Assembly: GCA_964016885.1 (NCBI GenBank)
Contig: OZ024743.1
Span: 368,156,001 to 368,220,000, forward strand
DNA length: 64,000 bases
From: Eledone cirrhosa
Taxonomy: Eukaryota
Direction: 5' to 3'
Made by a program: the position numbers and the translations under genes. Of this stretch, positions 1 to 13,599 are shown in pieces. Within the stretch, counting starts at the first letter, position 1. Every line of letters begins with the position of its first letter. The notes beneath the pieces are model-generated. The model saw only the letters and a list, made by a program, of their open reading frames with translations, searched no databases and had not been told where the DNA came from.

Positions 1-402
1 CACGCTCAGAGTTGCTGAAGCATGGAACAAACTGCCTGCGTCAATTGTTAGCTGCCGAGACACTGCATCCTTTAAGACACTCATGCTTCCCGAAATACGC
101 CAAAACTACACCTGATGTACCTCTTCCATACACATGCACACATGTGCGTATCATGACTCGTGCACTGTTCATTTTACTGATGTTTGTGCATTGCCCTATG
201 TACTGTACATGCACTTTTTTGATGAGTTGTGGTGCACCTGGGCACTGTACACAATATTTCATTATTGTTATTGTATCATGACTCATACACTGTTCATTTT
301 CCTGACATTTGTACATTATTCTATGTACTATACATGCACCTTTGATGAGTTGTAGTGCACCTGAGCACTGTACACAATAATTTCATTATTATTATTATTA
401 TT
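1..402 (+). mobile_element. 3' end of a CR1-type LINE (ORF2 C-terminus, 3'UTR, (ATT)n tail)
   Basis: The frame starting at 2 reads TLRVAEAWNKLPASIVSCRDTASFKTLMLPEIRQNYT*, nearly identical to the minus-strand copy at 41013-42188. It ends in (ATT)n at ~385-402. Confidence 0.85.
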
Positions 403-485
403 ATACACACATACAGATATATGCAATAACACATCCACACATATATACATACACACACACACACACATATTATTGTTATTATTAT

Positions 486-3400
486 GGGAGGTGGGAGTAG
501 CAGTGCTGTTTAGGAAAGGCTTGGACCTCGAGGTAAGGTCGATCTTCCAGGACCTGGATGGTAAGTTGGTGGTCTTGGATGTGAACAATAGCGAAGGTGG
601 TGCCTTTAGACTGCTGGCCGTCTACGCTCCTACCGGGGCTAGACTATTGGACTTCTTTAGGCGCCTGGAAGCGTTTTTGGGTTCATCTCACCCTTTATTG
701 TTAGCGGAGGACTGGCATCTTAGATGTGTGTGAGTAGCTGATAGGAGTGGGGGTTGGGTGGGTGCAAAAGCCTGAAGCACCTAATCAGCCAGTTCCAACT
801 GTCTGACGGGTACCGACTGGATTTCCCCAATGCACCAGTGTGGACAGGGTCATCTAGATCGTATATAGACAGGATCTTCATTAGGAAAATAGATAGAAAT
901 AGTGTAGGCTGCCCACTTTTTAAAATGGTCGCCTATTCAGATCACCAATTTGTGATCTGTTTGGTCGACCTAAATAAAACGCATAGGCTAGGACCTGGTT
1001 ACTGGAAGCTGAACCTGTCATTTCCGGCACGTAAGGCTTACAGGGACCGGGTCAACAATTTAGTTAAGTAGAAGTTGACAGGGGGATCATCAACAACAGA
1101 TGGTGGGGGCTCTCAAAAGAGAGATTAGAGTAACTTCGATAGGGTTTAGCAAAGAAGTAGCGTTAGAGAAAAATAGAAAGGAGGGGGAGCTGGTAGATAA
1201 GCTAGACGAAGCTATTTGTAGTGGCATTGCAACGGATGTGCTAGCGGCGAGAATAGCATTAGACTATTTTTTCAATGCGAAACACGAAGGTTGCATTGTT
1301 AGAGCTAAGGTACGTTCTCTGAGAAATGAGGGAACCAAAGCTGTTCGATGGGCCTGTGTGGCGGAAGCGCAGCATGGTAATAAAGCTACAATTTGGTGTT
1401 TGACGGACCAAGGCGAACATGAGCTGAGCGATTCCAAGCAGATATGTGAGGCCTTTTGCCAGCACTTTGCTTGGTTGTTCAGGGAGAGTGGCAGGTCAGA
1501 GACAGTAGCGGACTTCAGTCCCTACCTTGTCAGCTTGGCATCTTGACAGTCGACTCTGAGCACTGCAAAAGGCTGATTACTTCAGCCAAAATTCAGGACG
1601 CCTTTGTCGGCTGTGCGAGGCACGAGTCTCCCGGGTTGGATGGCCTGCCCTACGAACTTTACGTAAATATGCCAGACTTGTTCTCCAATCACCTTTAAGC
1701 GCTCTACTGCAACTGGCAGCAGAATGGGATTATTTCCAGTTCTGTGAGCAGGCGAGTGGTGACACTGATAAGGAAAGATGAGAACAAGAGGGCTACATTA
1801 GACAACTTCAGGCCCATAACTCTGCTCAACACAGAGTTTAAGATTTTGGCCAAGGTCTTAGCAAAGAGATTGGTGCTTGTCGTCGAGGATTTGGTTGGGG
1901 AAGCGCAAACTTGCGCAATTCCAGCCAGGTCCATACACGACAACCTCCACCTCATGTGATACATCATAGAGAGGGTAGGGTGTAAACCTGGTGGGGCACT
2001 GATCAATTTAGATCAATCGAAAGCATTCAATAGCGTCGACCATCGGTATCTGGACGCTGTCCTCAAAGCAGCTGACTTTGGCTCCGTCTTCAGAAGCTGG
2101 ATCGCTGCAATGCACAGCGGCATCTGTTCGGTGGTCATGGTTAATGGACACCTCTGGGAACCATTTCAGATCTCCCAATCGGTCCGTCAAGGGTGCCATC
2201 TCTTTTCCCTCTTTTATGTATTGACTCTCAAGCCTTTATTGTGGAAGCTGGAGCTGTTTCAGAGCATCCTGCTCAAGCTGGGACGCGGAAAGGCTGTATC
2301 GGCTTATGTGGACGACATCACTGTCAGAAATGGAGGTGGTCGGCACCTTATTGGAGGAATATGAAAGGTTGACAGGAGCAAAACTTACCTCGGAAAAGTC
2401 AGTGGGCTTGCAGCTCGGCACCTGGAGAGGCAAGTCCATGCCGTCCAACAGCCTCATGGAGCGCTGGATGGACGGACTGGTAAAGTTGCTTGGGGTTTGG
2501 TTCGGACCAGACCTTCAGGTGGAATAGAATTGGGATGAGGTAACAAGCAGGGTAGCCAGTCTCACCCAGAAATGGGCTGTGAGGATGCTATCACTGGAAG
2601 GTCACAAGGAGGTGGCAAATGCGTACGTCACGTTTGTCATCTACTACCGCCTGACCGTCGTGTCTTGTCCCCGTCCGCGCCTCGCCAAGTTGGAACGGCT
2701 CCTCTTCAAATTCTTGTGGAGGGGACAAGTCCCGTTGGTGAGGCTGTCCATATGCTGCCAGCACCCTCTACGTGGAGGGCTGGGCATGCCGTGCCTAATG
2801 ATGCGCAGACATGTGCTGATGCTGCGACATCTCCAGATATTCTGCCTAAACGGTGAACAGGTGTGGTCGCCTTTTATCAGACGTGCCTTTTCACAGCTCG
2901 TCTCTTTGCCTGAGCTGCAGTCCTGGGTCAAGAAGAGACTAAGGCTGGGTGACTGGCATCTGGAATGTTGCCAGGCACTCACTGCCCTCTACCAAGTGGG
3001 CAATGCGATCAGTGGAACTTCCACTCTCGAGTTCTAAAGAGGATTAATGGGGGGCAAGTGCAACTATGCACTCGGAGAGGCTCTGGGCTTTGACGAAGTC
3101 AAACTGACCAGTCTGTTCTGGAGGACTTTCGAGCCGGGGACGATGGATAACTTCCAAAAATCCCTTGCTTGGCAGTGCTACTGGGGCTCACTGCCGGTTC
3201 GAGATAAACTCTATAGGCATGGAAGTGTTGTCAGACAGACCTGCCCGAGGTGCACACAGAGCGACAAAACCGTTTTGCATGCACTTGTCCAATGTCCGTG
3301 CATTACTGACTTGTGTAGTTATGTTGAACAGCTGTTGTTGCGTGTAGAACGGATCCGGCTATCGGCTGAGTCCATAGTGAAGATTGACCTGCCGCTTTCC

Positions 3401-3920
3401 TTTGGACAGGAAGGGCAGGCAATTTTCCTCTGTCTGGTCGCAGTTGTGAAAGAGGTTGTATAGTGGACCAGGTTGAAAGGACTGAAGACAGACACTTTTC
3501 TCTTCGGCCAATCCCTCATCAACTTCAAGTTTCATCTAAAAAGGAATATGAGAGTGGAGAGAGAAGTGCTAAAAGGTGGATGGATGTGGCAAGAATTGCC
3601 TGTGTGAGTGGGCCTACTCTGACCATGCGCCTATAGGCTGGCTAATTTGAGGAGAAGGGGGGGTGCTCTCCCTGGGTGCCCTAGAAGTGCAGGCTGGTTC
3701 AGGATTGGTGGGGTACCTGAATCACCCCTGAGTCGTCCACCTCCCTGTTGGGGAATGTATTTTGTTATATTTATGCATAGTTTATTTTATATTTTTTTTA
3801 TTTTCATTGTTAAATTAGTCTTGCCATTGTGCACTTTTACTCGAGCTTATTGTAAACCCCCACTGTCTGTGTCTTTGTATTGTACACTACATGTCGGCCC
3901 TTGTGGCCAATAAAGAAACC
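486..3920 (+). mobile_element. Degenerate Tx1/L1-clade LINE ORF2 (APE endonuclease, RT, C-terminal CCHC finger) plus 3'UTR
   Basis: Collinear motifs across frameshifts: GVAVLFRK, AVYAPT, YSDH, GPGYWKLN, SPGLDGLPYE, NFRPITLLNTEFKILAKVLAKRL, LDQSKAF, SVRQGC, AYVDDITV, GGLGMP, CPRC..TVLHALVQC. AATAAA at 3909-3914. Multiple stops. Confidence 0.92.
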
Positions 3921-4409
3921 TTTATTATAATTAAGCATTATGTATGTGTCTTTAAATTCCTGAAGTTTAATGAGATGTACATGCAAAATACAACCGTCAT
4001 ATTCAAAATGCTAATTTTTATCAGAGGTCATTGTAATTTAAATCCTTGATTCCTTGAAGCTCACTAATCTGGATGACCTTTACTGATTATTTGACATTTT
4101 TTGAAGAACTGCCTTGTAATCAGAACTTTTCAAAATTTTTTGAAGAAATATTTTGAAATGTTCTGATTACAAGGCAGTTGTGAAAGTATTGAGTATTGTT
4201 TTCATAATCACTCTTGTAATAATTTTCCAAAAGTCATGTGATTGAACTTGTTTTACTGATGAGGTTGACATCTTCAACAAATAGTTGATCAAATCTGGTA
4301 AAAACAAAGAATTATAAAAACAAACATGCTGGCATAGGTCAGATGTGTTATGGTCTGAGACTAGGTGGGTACAAGACATCTGATCTTATTCATACATTCC
4401 ATATTTGGC

Positions 4410-4612
4410 ATTATTTCTATGGCTCGATGCCCTTCCTTATGCTAACCACCTTACAAAACATACTGGATGCATTTTATTATAGCACCAGCACTATCATTTT
4501 ACAGAGTGTACTGGGTGCATTTTATCATGGAACCAGCACGAGAAAGATTGACCCATCATCATCATCATCATCATTTCATTTTACGTCCGCTTTTTCCCTG
4601 CTTGATGAAACT
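4410..4612 (-). repeat. Dispersed SINE-like repeat fragment plus RTE 3'-tail stub
   Basis: GATGCCCTTCCT..ACCACCTTACA..ACTGGGTGC matches 23240-23300 and the reverse of 63760-63790. (CAT)n-TTTTACGTCCGCTTTT is the reverse complement of the RTE tail at ~24650-24685. Confidence 0.6.
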
Positions 4613-5560
4613 GGAGAGTTCTCTCTGCCTTAATTGCGTATGTTCAATTACCAACTACTTTATAAAGTTTGAGTGAATTTATCATGTCATCGGCACTTAT
4701 TTTCTCCACTCAATCACCAGTTATTTTAGTGTTTACTGGGTACATTTTATCTTTACATTTATAAGATATATTTATAATATATTGGTTTATTTTGATTGGG
4801 CAAGAAAGTTTGATATAAGATGAAATGTGAAATTGTGACATTTTTAATCTGAGTTAATCAGTTGTCTCTATTACTCTCTAAACACTCCCAATAACCAATA
4901 GCTGTTGGGTTGTCCCATTCTATATTTATTGACCACATTTATTTCAGATCCCCTGTCTGTGATGCCATCATCATCATTAATAATTTTAATGCATCCTGAC
5001 TTTTGTTGCTACTCACATTCTTCAAATGTTAATGTCTCTGTTACAGAAACCAAATAATGTGGTATTTTCAACTGTCTACATCTGTTAATATCATTACCTA
5101 CCTGTATCTCTAATTGACTCATATCCTCCCCAGTTTTTATCACTCTACTATCACTGTCTTAGTCTCTATAAGATTGTCACACATTGAACCCCTTCCCTAC
5201 AAACCCTCTTTGTTGCTTTGTTCCACCTAATTGGTTGTAACTTTACCAATCCTATACTGACAACCTTAGATAGCAAGTGTTTCACACCTCTGACTGAGCT
5301 GAGACATTTAACCACGTTTTATGTATGTTCTCTACATCCCACATGAAAATAAAATCTACAGCTGCAACAGCATTGTATACATCTAAGGAAAATGTCTCAC
5401 CCATCATTAGTTAGAAAGCATTTACCTTCCTTGTTCATTGACAGAAAGCAAAGTATATTCTCTTGCATCGCATATCCTACAAGCTTTTCTCTCCTCAAAT
5501 TCAACTAAGCACTGTGGTCCCTTACAAAGAATATCCTGACTAACTTTCCATTTGTGCATT

Positions 5561-6073
5561 CAGAGACATAACTAGGGAAAATAGCACCTATGGCAAACAG
5601 TGAAATTGTGCCCCTGCCCGATCTTTCAGATAACCATAAATTAAGCTCAGAAATACTAATTACGTTAATATTTTAATTGTAAACAATACATGAAAATTAC
5701 AACTGTATCTTCTTTGATTTTATTGATGCCAAATTTGTCTATGATGTGATCAAAGTTAGTTTTTTCAGTTTCTTCTCTTTCTACGCTCAGAAGAGCAAGA
5801 TCAAAGAGGTTCTCAAACAGAAGCGTATCAGTTTCAACTTGCTGAATAATCTCTCGCAGCTGGAGATGAAAACTGCAATGATTAGCATTATTTGAATAGC
5901 AACACAAAGATTTGGGAAAATGCTGTTATTTCCATGTTGAACAATAAATTCAAGAAGTTCTTCGAGTCTTGATATTTTGATGTTGGCTTAACTTGACAAT
6001 AATGGTCTGCAATCCAAAATTTCTTCATATAGCTACTGAATTTAGGTATCACTGTTTGCAAGGTTTTCTGCAT
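5561..6073 (-). mobile_element. hAT transposase C-terminal (dimerization domain) remnant with putative terminus
   Basis: Minus strand reads IFPNLCVAIQIMLIIAVFISSCERLFSKLKLIR then DLALLSVEREETEKTNFDHIIDKF, the hAT CERxFSxLK..LxLLSIE motif. A CAG-starting terminus lies at 5561. Confidence 0.75.
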
Positions 6074-6135
6074 TCATCATCATCATCATCATTTTTACGT
6101 CCACTTTTCCCTGCTTGCAAGGGTGGGACAGTTAT
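6074..6135 (-). mobile_element. RTE LINE 3'-tail stub
   Basis: (CAT)n-TTTTACGTCCACTTTTCCCTGCTTGCAAGGGT is the reverse complement of the end of the RTE copy at 23985-24685. Confidence 0.7.
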
Positions 6136-6225
6136 ACTGGCATAACTGAGTTAGCAACGTGTTAACGGACAGCACTAAACAAACATATTGACTTACTGTG
6201 ATAGTTTCAATTAAGACCAATAGTA

Positions 6226-6345
6226 AATAATTGTTTCTACTTTTGGCACAAGGCCAGTAATTATGCCAGTGTATTACTGGTACTTTATTTTATCGACCCC
6301 GTAAGGATGAAAGGCAAAGTTAACCTCGGCGGGATTTGAACTCGG
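6226..6345 (-). mobile_element. tRNA-derived SINE, 5'-truncated at the B-box
   Basis: Same family as the full copy at 59513-59696 (GAGTTCAAATCCCGCCGAGG..GCCTTTCATCCTTACGGGGTCGATAAAATAAAGTACCAG..GAAACAATTAT). Confidence 0.85.
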
Positions 6346-7614
6346 AAATAATGAAGAACGAATAAGGTCCGCAATTGAGTTGTATTTGAATGATGATATC
6401 ATTGACAAAAGGAGTAATGGCAGAGTACATGACCAGTGCATTGCCTACATTATGTGCATTGTCTGCTTGCATATGTGGTATATATCATAAGGGAGAAAGT
6501 TTCCATGCAGAACAGTTAAGATCAACTATATGACCCTATTTTGTGGCGTGGCTGACATAAGGTGGAAGAGCATGTATGCAAATCAAGATCAGTCAGTACT
6601 GCCACAATTATTTTGCCTTTGTTTCTCCTGGCAATTCTCGTATGCTTTGCAATACACCATGCACTTGGAACATAATTACGTAAAATGTCATGCCTCAAGA
6701 AACTGACGTCACAGCTCAGGACATTTGGCACCAAAATGGCTATGGTAAAAAGTTGGGGCCCAGCACACATAGGACATAATGAGCTGCTTGCAGCAAGCTA
6801 TATAGTAGTTGTTAAATCATGGGGTTGACAGCACAGTTTAAATAAATGAGGGTTTAGTGTATTAAACTGCATTTTCATTTATTCTACAGCTATCCTTTAT
6901 GCCTAAGTATATGTGAAGTATTTGCAAAAGTGTTAGTGTATTTAAAGTGAGTGATCTGTGTAATACTGATCTTTGACAAATATTAGACCTTATTAAAATA
7001 TTTGACAAGTCATACTATGAGGTATGCCTACGTAGTCATGTAGTTCCCAGCACTGTATTTTTACCTATGGGCTTAATAATTTATATAAATGATTTAATGA
7101 TCCAGTCACCATAGTGTGTCTCACTCATGATAATCAAAGACAGATTGTACATCTGAAGAAGTTTCTTTTTTCACCCTCTGGTGATAGCTTATCTGATTTT
7201 GATAAAATGTGCTCCCTGTCTAAATGGCTCCCCCAGCATGTACCTTGCTTGCCATAACCTAGTTACACCTCTGTGTATTTCTCCTCAACCAAGATCATTC
7301 TGTAAACAAGCATTTTTTAATCTGTCCTCCTCATCACCTTGTCCACACAGTTACCAATTGTAAAAATTCATTTGATAACTTCCTTCCAACATTGTCACTT
7401 TCCCTGATAGTGTCATTAATATCAGCCTCATGTACTCCTAAGCTGTTTTCAACAGGTACTATAACCTTTCTTTTTATGATTATGTGGCCCCAATTTATAG
7501 AACAATATGTTTATACTGACAACTTCTAGGCTATAGTCCTTGTTTCCAACATTCTTTCTTTCTTTAGACCTCTTTAATTCCCTAGTGAACCTGTATATAT
7601 ATTTTGTTTAATAA

Positions 7615-7990
7615 GCAAATACAAGCAGCCAAAATGGGGTTCCTCCTAAGGGTTTTGGAGTAATGTTATTTGATAAAGTGCGTAGCTTAGAGATGAGAGA
7701 GTCACTCTAGGTAGAGCTAGTACTTCTCCAAATTGAGAGATCAGTTCTGATATTATGGGCATGTGGTTAGAATGTCTCGGGAAAGAACCACTGGACAGAT
7801 TTTACAGGCAAAACCAACAGGTAGGAGACTTAGGAGTAGACCTCGAGCAAGATTGTTGGATAACATCCATGAGCTTGGCTGGTCACTCTTGGAGATCCAG
7901 TCGGATCAGTTGGAGACAGTTGTTTCTGACAGGACCCGCTGGAAGGAGTGTTTGAGAACTCTGCCTTTACGACCCTCTCAGGAATAAGTT
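7615..7990 (+). mobile_element. RTE-clade LINE 3' fragment
   Basis: IQAAKMGF..YGHVVRMSRERTTGQILQAKPTGRRLRSRPRARLLD..W. Similar to 44195-44670. Confidence 0.8.
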
Positions 7991-10696
7991 GGCAAAGAAA
8001 AGATGATAATTTACTTATTTACAAGTTTTTCTGTTTGTTACTCTTCAGAATTTTGACAAATGCAATGTTGTTACTCAACAGAGCCTTTGACTAGCTAATG
8101 AGACTGTTCTTGTTGTTGCTCAACCAAATTTCTTTCAAATAACACCTAAACTAAAGAATAATGTATAGGACAGTGTAGACTTTGATATTAAAAAACATAT
8201 ATTTATTGTGATTGGTTATATGTCTACTTGATATGGGATGACTGAGGAGAAGCAAAACTCTATGCTAATATCTTTAAGTTTGAATCAACAGTTCAGTTTC
8301 TCAAATTTTACACCTCATAATATCAGATTATATATCTTGGTAACCTAACATCTATAACATAACCAAAACAAAAACTAGTTTCTCTAGGAACTAAATTCTA
8401 TATTATCTCTGAACAGTTACTGACATTTTTAAAAGCACAGGTACAACTCCCATATATATGGGATTTAGACAAGATGTAGCCTACATTCTATCAACTATAG
8501 TATGACTCAGAGTTTGGTTATGTCTCCCACACTCATTTGACTACACATACACTTCTATGTCATTCATACCACCAATCACACTTTAACAATCTGCACTCAG
8601 CTGTCATGTACATGCCACCTAGATATCTTACACCACACATCTTCTACTTACTTTCATGAGCAAGGTTCTTGAAAACACACTCTTATGGAGGGAGAGGAAA
8701 ATCTAGTTTTGTTTAACAACATACAAGGAAATATTCAGGCAATTCAACGCCTTTCCAAAATTTGATAGCACATAATAAAAGCCCTCTTAAAATTGTTACA
8801 AATCTTTGAAAATCTATCACAGCTGCTTCAGACATTAAATATTGCCAAAATTGCATTCTAAAATATATGCTTCCTCTTTAGAGCCATAACAAACTTCTGC
8901 TCTTTTACTGACCCTTTACAAATTTCAAAGGCAATCCACATTAAGGTATTGTTACCACATCCTAAATTGCTCTTTAAACTAAGTCATCCAATTGTTTGAC
9001 AAATTTTCAATCTCTACTATTACTAGAATTTTTCCTAATCCTGTAATACCACCACCTAAACTCCCCCAATTTATCTGTTTTTCTTCTACTCATTAGTCAT
9101 ATTGTGTCCTACCCTCTGGAATCCTCTCCCTGCCATTGTTTTCTATACAGGTATCAATCCAACTTACATCCCATTGAGGTCATCATTCTGATTGACAAAA
9201 GTTTACTTTCTCATAGACTAGATCCATTAAAGTACAGCTGTCTTGTGTCATCATTAGTAATTGTATTGAATCTCCTTTGTTCAAGCCCTCTCCTGTACTT
9301 GCTTCTCCGCCACTCAATATCTCTATTGTTTCACATCCCAAACCATGCACTAAGCACTTTTTCCAACCCTTGTTAGAACTGTAACCATTTAGAATTCCTT
9401 TCTTGTCATTATTTTCCTTAGGGGACACCAATCCACAAAAGCACAAAGTGAACATCAAACTTATCAATTTCACCAATCTAAAAGAGCCTACAAAGTATAT
9501 AGGCATTGCTTCCTTCTTCCCTTCATTGAAGTAAATAATTTTAAAACAAAATGATATATGTGAAGTGAAGTAGCTTAACTAGGCAGTCAAAGCTGATGCT
9601 TATTCAGTCCATTTGGAGTTTAGTATTTTCTCTTTATTTATAGAACATCATGACTTTTGGCTGATTAGGTTTTATGATTTATGTTATACCAAAAATTTAA
9701 AATTCTTATTCAAATGAAATTATTTTATTTAATAACATCTGTTCATCTCTTTATGGAATATACTGTTATTCACACATAAATATGTATGGAAATATCAGTA
9801 GAATATTGATTGTATTTGTATATTACATTAGTTAACTTAGTAAATGAGTAGCATAAGAACAATTTCATTGCAGCACTTATAGCATGCTTTAGTTCAAGAA
9901 TATGACATGATCTAATGAGGAAACCTGGAGGATATGAATAACAACAAAGATTATGCAGAACTATGTTGGCCCACCATCAGTAACTATGACTTGACCTATA
10001 ACTGAAAATAGAACAAAGACTGTAGAATATAAAGGGATATATATGGTTTTGTCTTCCCCTACAAACTTGAATCAAACATTAAAAATATGACCCTTGCATG
10101 GAAAACAGAAATAGAAAAATGTATCAGCCAAAATACACTGAAATCTTGAGATAAACATCAGAGGTACAAGGTACATTTGGGACTTGTTAGTACTTCTGTA
10201 TTGAAGGCTAAAATTAGATTGTATTATCATAGGTCAATTAATAAATGGCATATGAGTTCAAATATCCCCCCCCCCCCCCTCTTGGATTTTTGCCTCTTTG
10301 TATAAATCACTTTATTTTGATCAACTAGGAAATCTCCAGTTTATTATGGATCAGTATATTTTATAAATGATGTTCTTTAAAGTATTCACTCTTAGAACAA
10401 ATGCATTCACAAACCCATTCTAACTTGGCTAGCATAAGAACATTGATGTCGAAATAAAGAAATACTCTCAATGATTTTGTTGAAATGCAATATTTCAATT
10501 ATTAAGTATCATTTCTAATTGACAATTAAACTAAGATTATTGGCTAATCTACTTTCTATTTATATACAGAATGCATCATTAGAAATTTGTAATTTGAAAT
10601 GCTGTAGATGACATTTATTTAGCCATTTAGCCAATTTCTAACCCCTAATTTACTGGCCAACCATCACATTACAAAATTACTTTTAATTTTGGAACA

Positions 10697-11700
10697 TCTA
10701 TCATAATCTATAAAGCTCAGTGTGTGGTCATGCCCCTTTCTTATAGAAATCTACGATATAGAATTTCTTCAATTGAAATTTACAATTCAGTATTCGAAAT
10801 AGCATCGATTGCGTCTTGGCACATCTAATTTTTTCAATTTCACCCACAATTACGCAAAAAATAGATAAAACTCAATATTTTATGATTTTCCTCTGTCATT
10901 TAAACTGCTAAACTCTTTCCACTACCATTCAAAATCTATACAACTTCATACTTTCTGCTACTTTCTCTTTCCAAGCTTGATGGTGATACTGTCTGTTTTA
11001 CTCTCTCATATCATCTGCATATACATTTATTCAACAAGCGATAAATCTTTTTTAAAACCTCTTTTCCAAACGCATACAAACACACACTCACTTCAACAAC
11101 AACAACAATCTGCCTTTTATAGATAATGATAAACAATAATATCCTCTATGAGGTCACTAAACCTGCTAGAAACAGCAGCTAACTCTCCCTCATACCACAC
11201 CCCTCCCTACTGTCTTAAATTTAGAAAACATATCTTCTATGAGGTCACTAAACCTGCTAGAAACAGCAGCTAACTCTCCCCCATATCACACCCCTCCCTA
11301 CTGTCTTAAATTTAGAAAACATATCTTCTATGAGGTCACTAAACCTGCTAGAAACAGCAGCTAACTCTCCCTCATATCACAACCCTCCCTACTGTCTTAA
11401 ATTTAGAAAACACACAGACAACCATGCAGAACAACTCCATCGAAGCTCTGTTGTTCGGCTGGCATCGTCTACGCGCGTGTTGCGCAAGTACTGTGAAACA
11501 ATAAATTTCAACACTTTTTTGCACAGAGATAATATCCATAGGCGAAACTACAATTGTCACTGCTGGCGCAGCTCCTGCTTCCAGGTCTGCAATTCATTCA
11601 CCCAGTGCCTGGCAGACAAAAAAGTGCTGCCATAAAATGGGTGGTGCAACCTAACTTTGGTAACTTAATGACCCCGAGCAACGCCGGGCTTTAATGCTAG
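10697..11700 (+). mobile_element. Non-autonomous Helitron with an internal ~91-bp x3 tandem repeat
   Basis: A|TC 5' end, 3' hairpin CCCGAGCAACGCCGGG then CTAG|T. A highly similar copy lies at 28682-30197. Tandem units at ~11139-11410. Confidence 0.85.
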
Positions 11701-13599
11701 TCTCCTATAAACTTGTATGATGTAGTAGATGGTTTTATTGCAACAATTTCTTACTAGAAATCTATCCAATTGAGCCAATATTTATTAATGCTAGAAACAA
11801 GATATATATCAATTCTAATGATACATCTGGCGAAATTGTATGTCTAAAGTGAAATTTTCCATGTTAATATCCTTGTATTTCCTATAATAAAAACATCAGT
11901 TATCAGTTCTTCATCTTCAGAAATTCAGGACTTTGAATTTTGTTATTTAGGCTCTTTTATATTTCCTATTTAAAGGATTGTGTATTAAACTAACTTAGAT
12001 TATTTCTTTATTGGTGAGGTTTACTATAAAGTTTCAGTGATATCTTCAATACGTTTATTAAAGGCATTTTGATAGAACAATTGAATTGTTCATTTTATAT
12101 TGAGTTTTGATTTGAAAGAAAAGTTAAATCTCTTACAACATAAAGCTACATAAAAAAAATGCAATTTCATTTTATCTAAAGCTATCATTAATTCATAGTA
12201 TTACAAATAACATCACTTTAGTTTCCACAAATCTTTGTGAAACTAAAAAGCTTTACGAAACTGATTCTAAGAAGTTAGATTATTTTGCTTTCCAGAAATT
12301 GTAAAATATTTGAGCTTATTTACTTTGTATATTAGTTTAAATACATAGGAAATATTGAAGGAGAAATTTTGTGTGAAAGAATTATGGATATTGAACTAAA
12401 CAGTATTGTATTAATTTTTAATAATGTAAACATGAAATTGTTTCCAGTTGGAGTGAGTTAAGGAAGTACTCTTCACTTTGAAATCCATATTTATTTATAC
12501 ATTTTAATCATTTTTCTTATGTTTTGTTTTTGGGGGCTGTTGAAAAGAACTAAAAGGGATAAAAATATTAGTGAAATAACAATTATTAGATGATTGCAAT
12601 TTTAATCTTAGTTTCATAAAATAAAGTTTTAAATTTCGTCCAATTTAAAATTGATCATTTCTAATTAATGATGCTTTTTATTAGCTGACTTTTATATTTA
12701 TTGACTGGGTTTTTATTACAGGAGATTAAAAAAACAAAACAAATAAACCAATTAGTATTTATTGGTTCAATTTCATGCAAGCCTCATTGATCAGAATACT
12801 GTAGTTATAAGATTATTGTATTTCTGTTAAGAAAATATAATTTAGAATAAGGGAAATTGATTTTTTAATGCAAAATTAAGAGACATTATTTACTTCTCAA
12901 ATATTGTAACATTTAAGTGTTGTTTTTGGTAGCTTTAAAGAGCTGAACTTCCTGCAGTTACTTTTTGGTTTTTTATAATGAATACATCCCTTGCAGATAC
13001 TGCCATCTATTTATTGTGCTTTCTCTTATGATTTAGATTACAGATCCAAAACATTCAAGCTAATTCTTATGTCAACATTATTTAAATAATATAAATTTCT
13101 TTTTCCAATTAATTATAAAGAAGAATGTAAAAATAAAATTATAATGAAAACATTGGGTTTTGATAAAAACATGTCCATAAATGGTAGAAAACACATTTTC
13201 TAGCAGAGCTTATATGTAAAGGCAATACTGAAAGAATAAGAATGTTTGGACAGAATGCCCAATGCTACCTGAGAAGTGTTCTTGCTCACCATAGAGGGAA
13301 TATATAGGCTCTAGCTCAATACTGTGTTGTGATTGCCACATATTTTAATCTTCTATAACACACAATCTATTTCAACATGTGTCTCTAACTCATCAATGCA
13401 GTCTGGAATACATACTCCATCATATTTTCATATAGTGATGTCGATGCTTACATTGAATCTGCTTTCCTCACCACTCATTTCTCTCATCTGGATATCAGCA
13501 ACAAAGACTTTTAGTCACCTTGACTGAAAGTTTCCTTTCGCTAATTCTCTACATTCAGCCATTTCTGTCAGTTTCTGAACTCCCCCTCCACAAACAGCT

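Noticed and set aside
8700-9520. Possible ancient LINE remnant or ORF 9183-9506
   Set aside because: No diagnostic motif could be read with confidence.
11139-11410. Regularly spaced repeats resembling a CRISPR array (also ~29635-29910)
   Set aside because: Contiguous ~91-bp tandem units with no unique spacers, inside a Helitron in eukaryotic DNA with no cas genes.
11330-11635. 101-aa ORF nearly identical to 29827-30132, suggesting a duplicated gene
   Set aside because: Both lie within copies of the same non-autonomous Helitron, start in the tandem unit, and have no recognisable domain.
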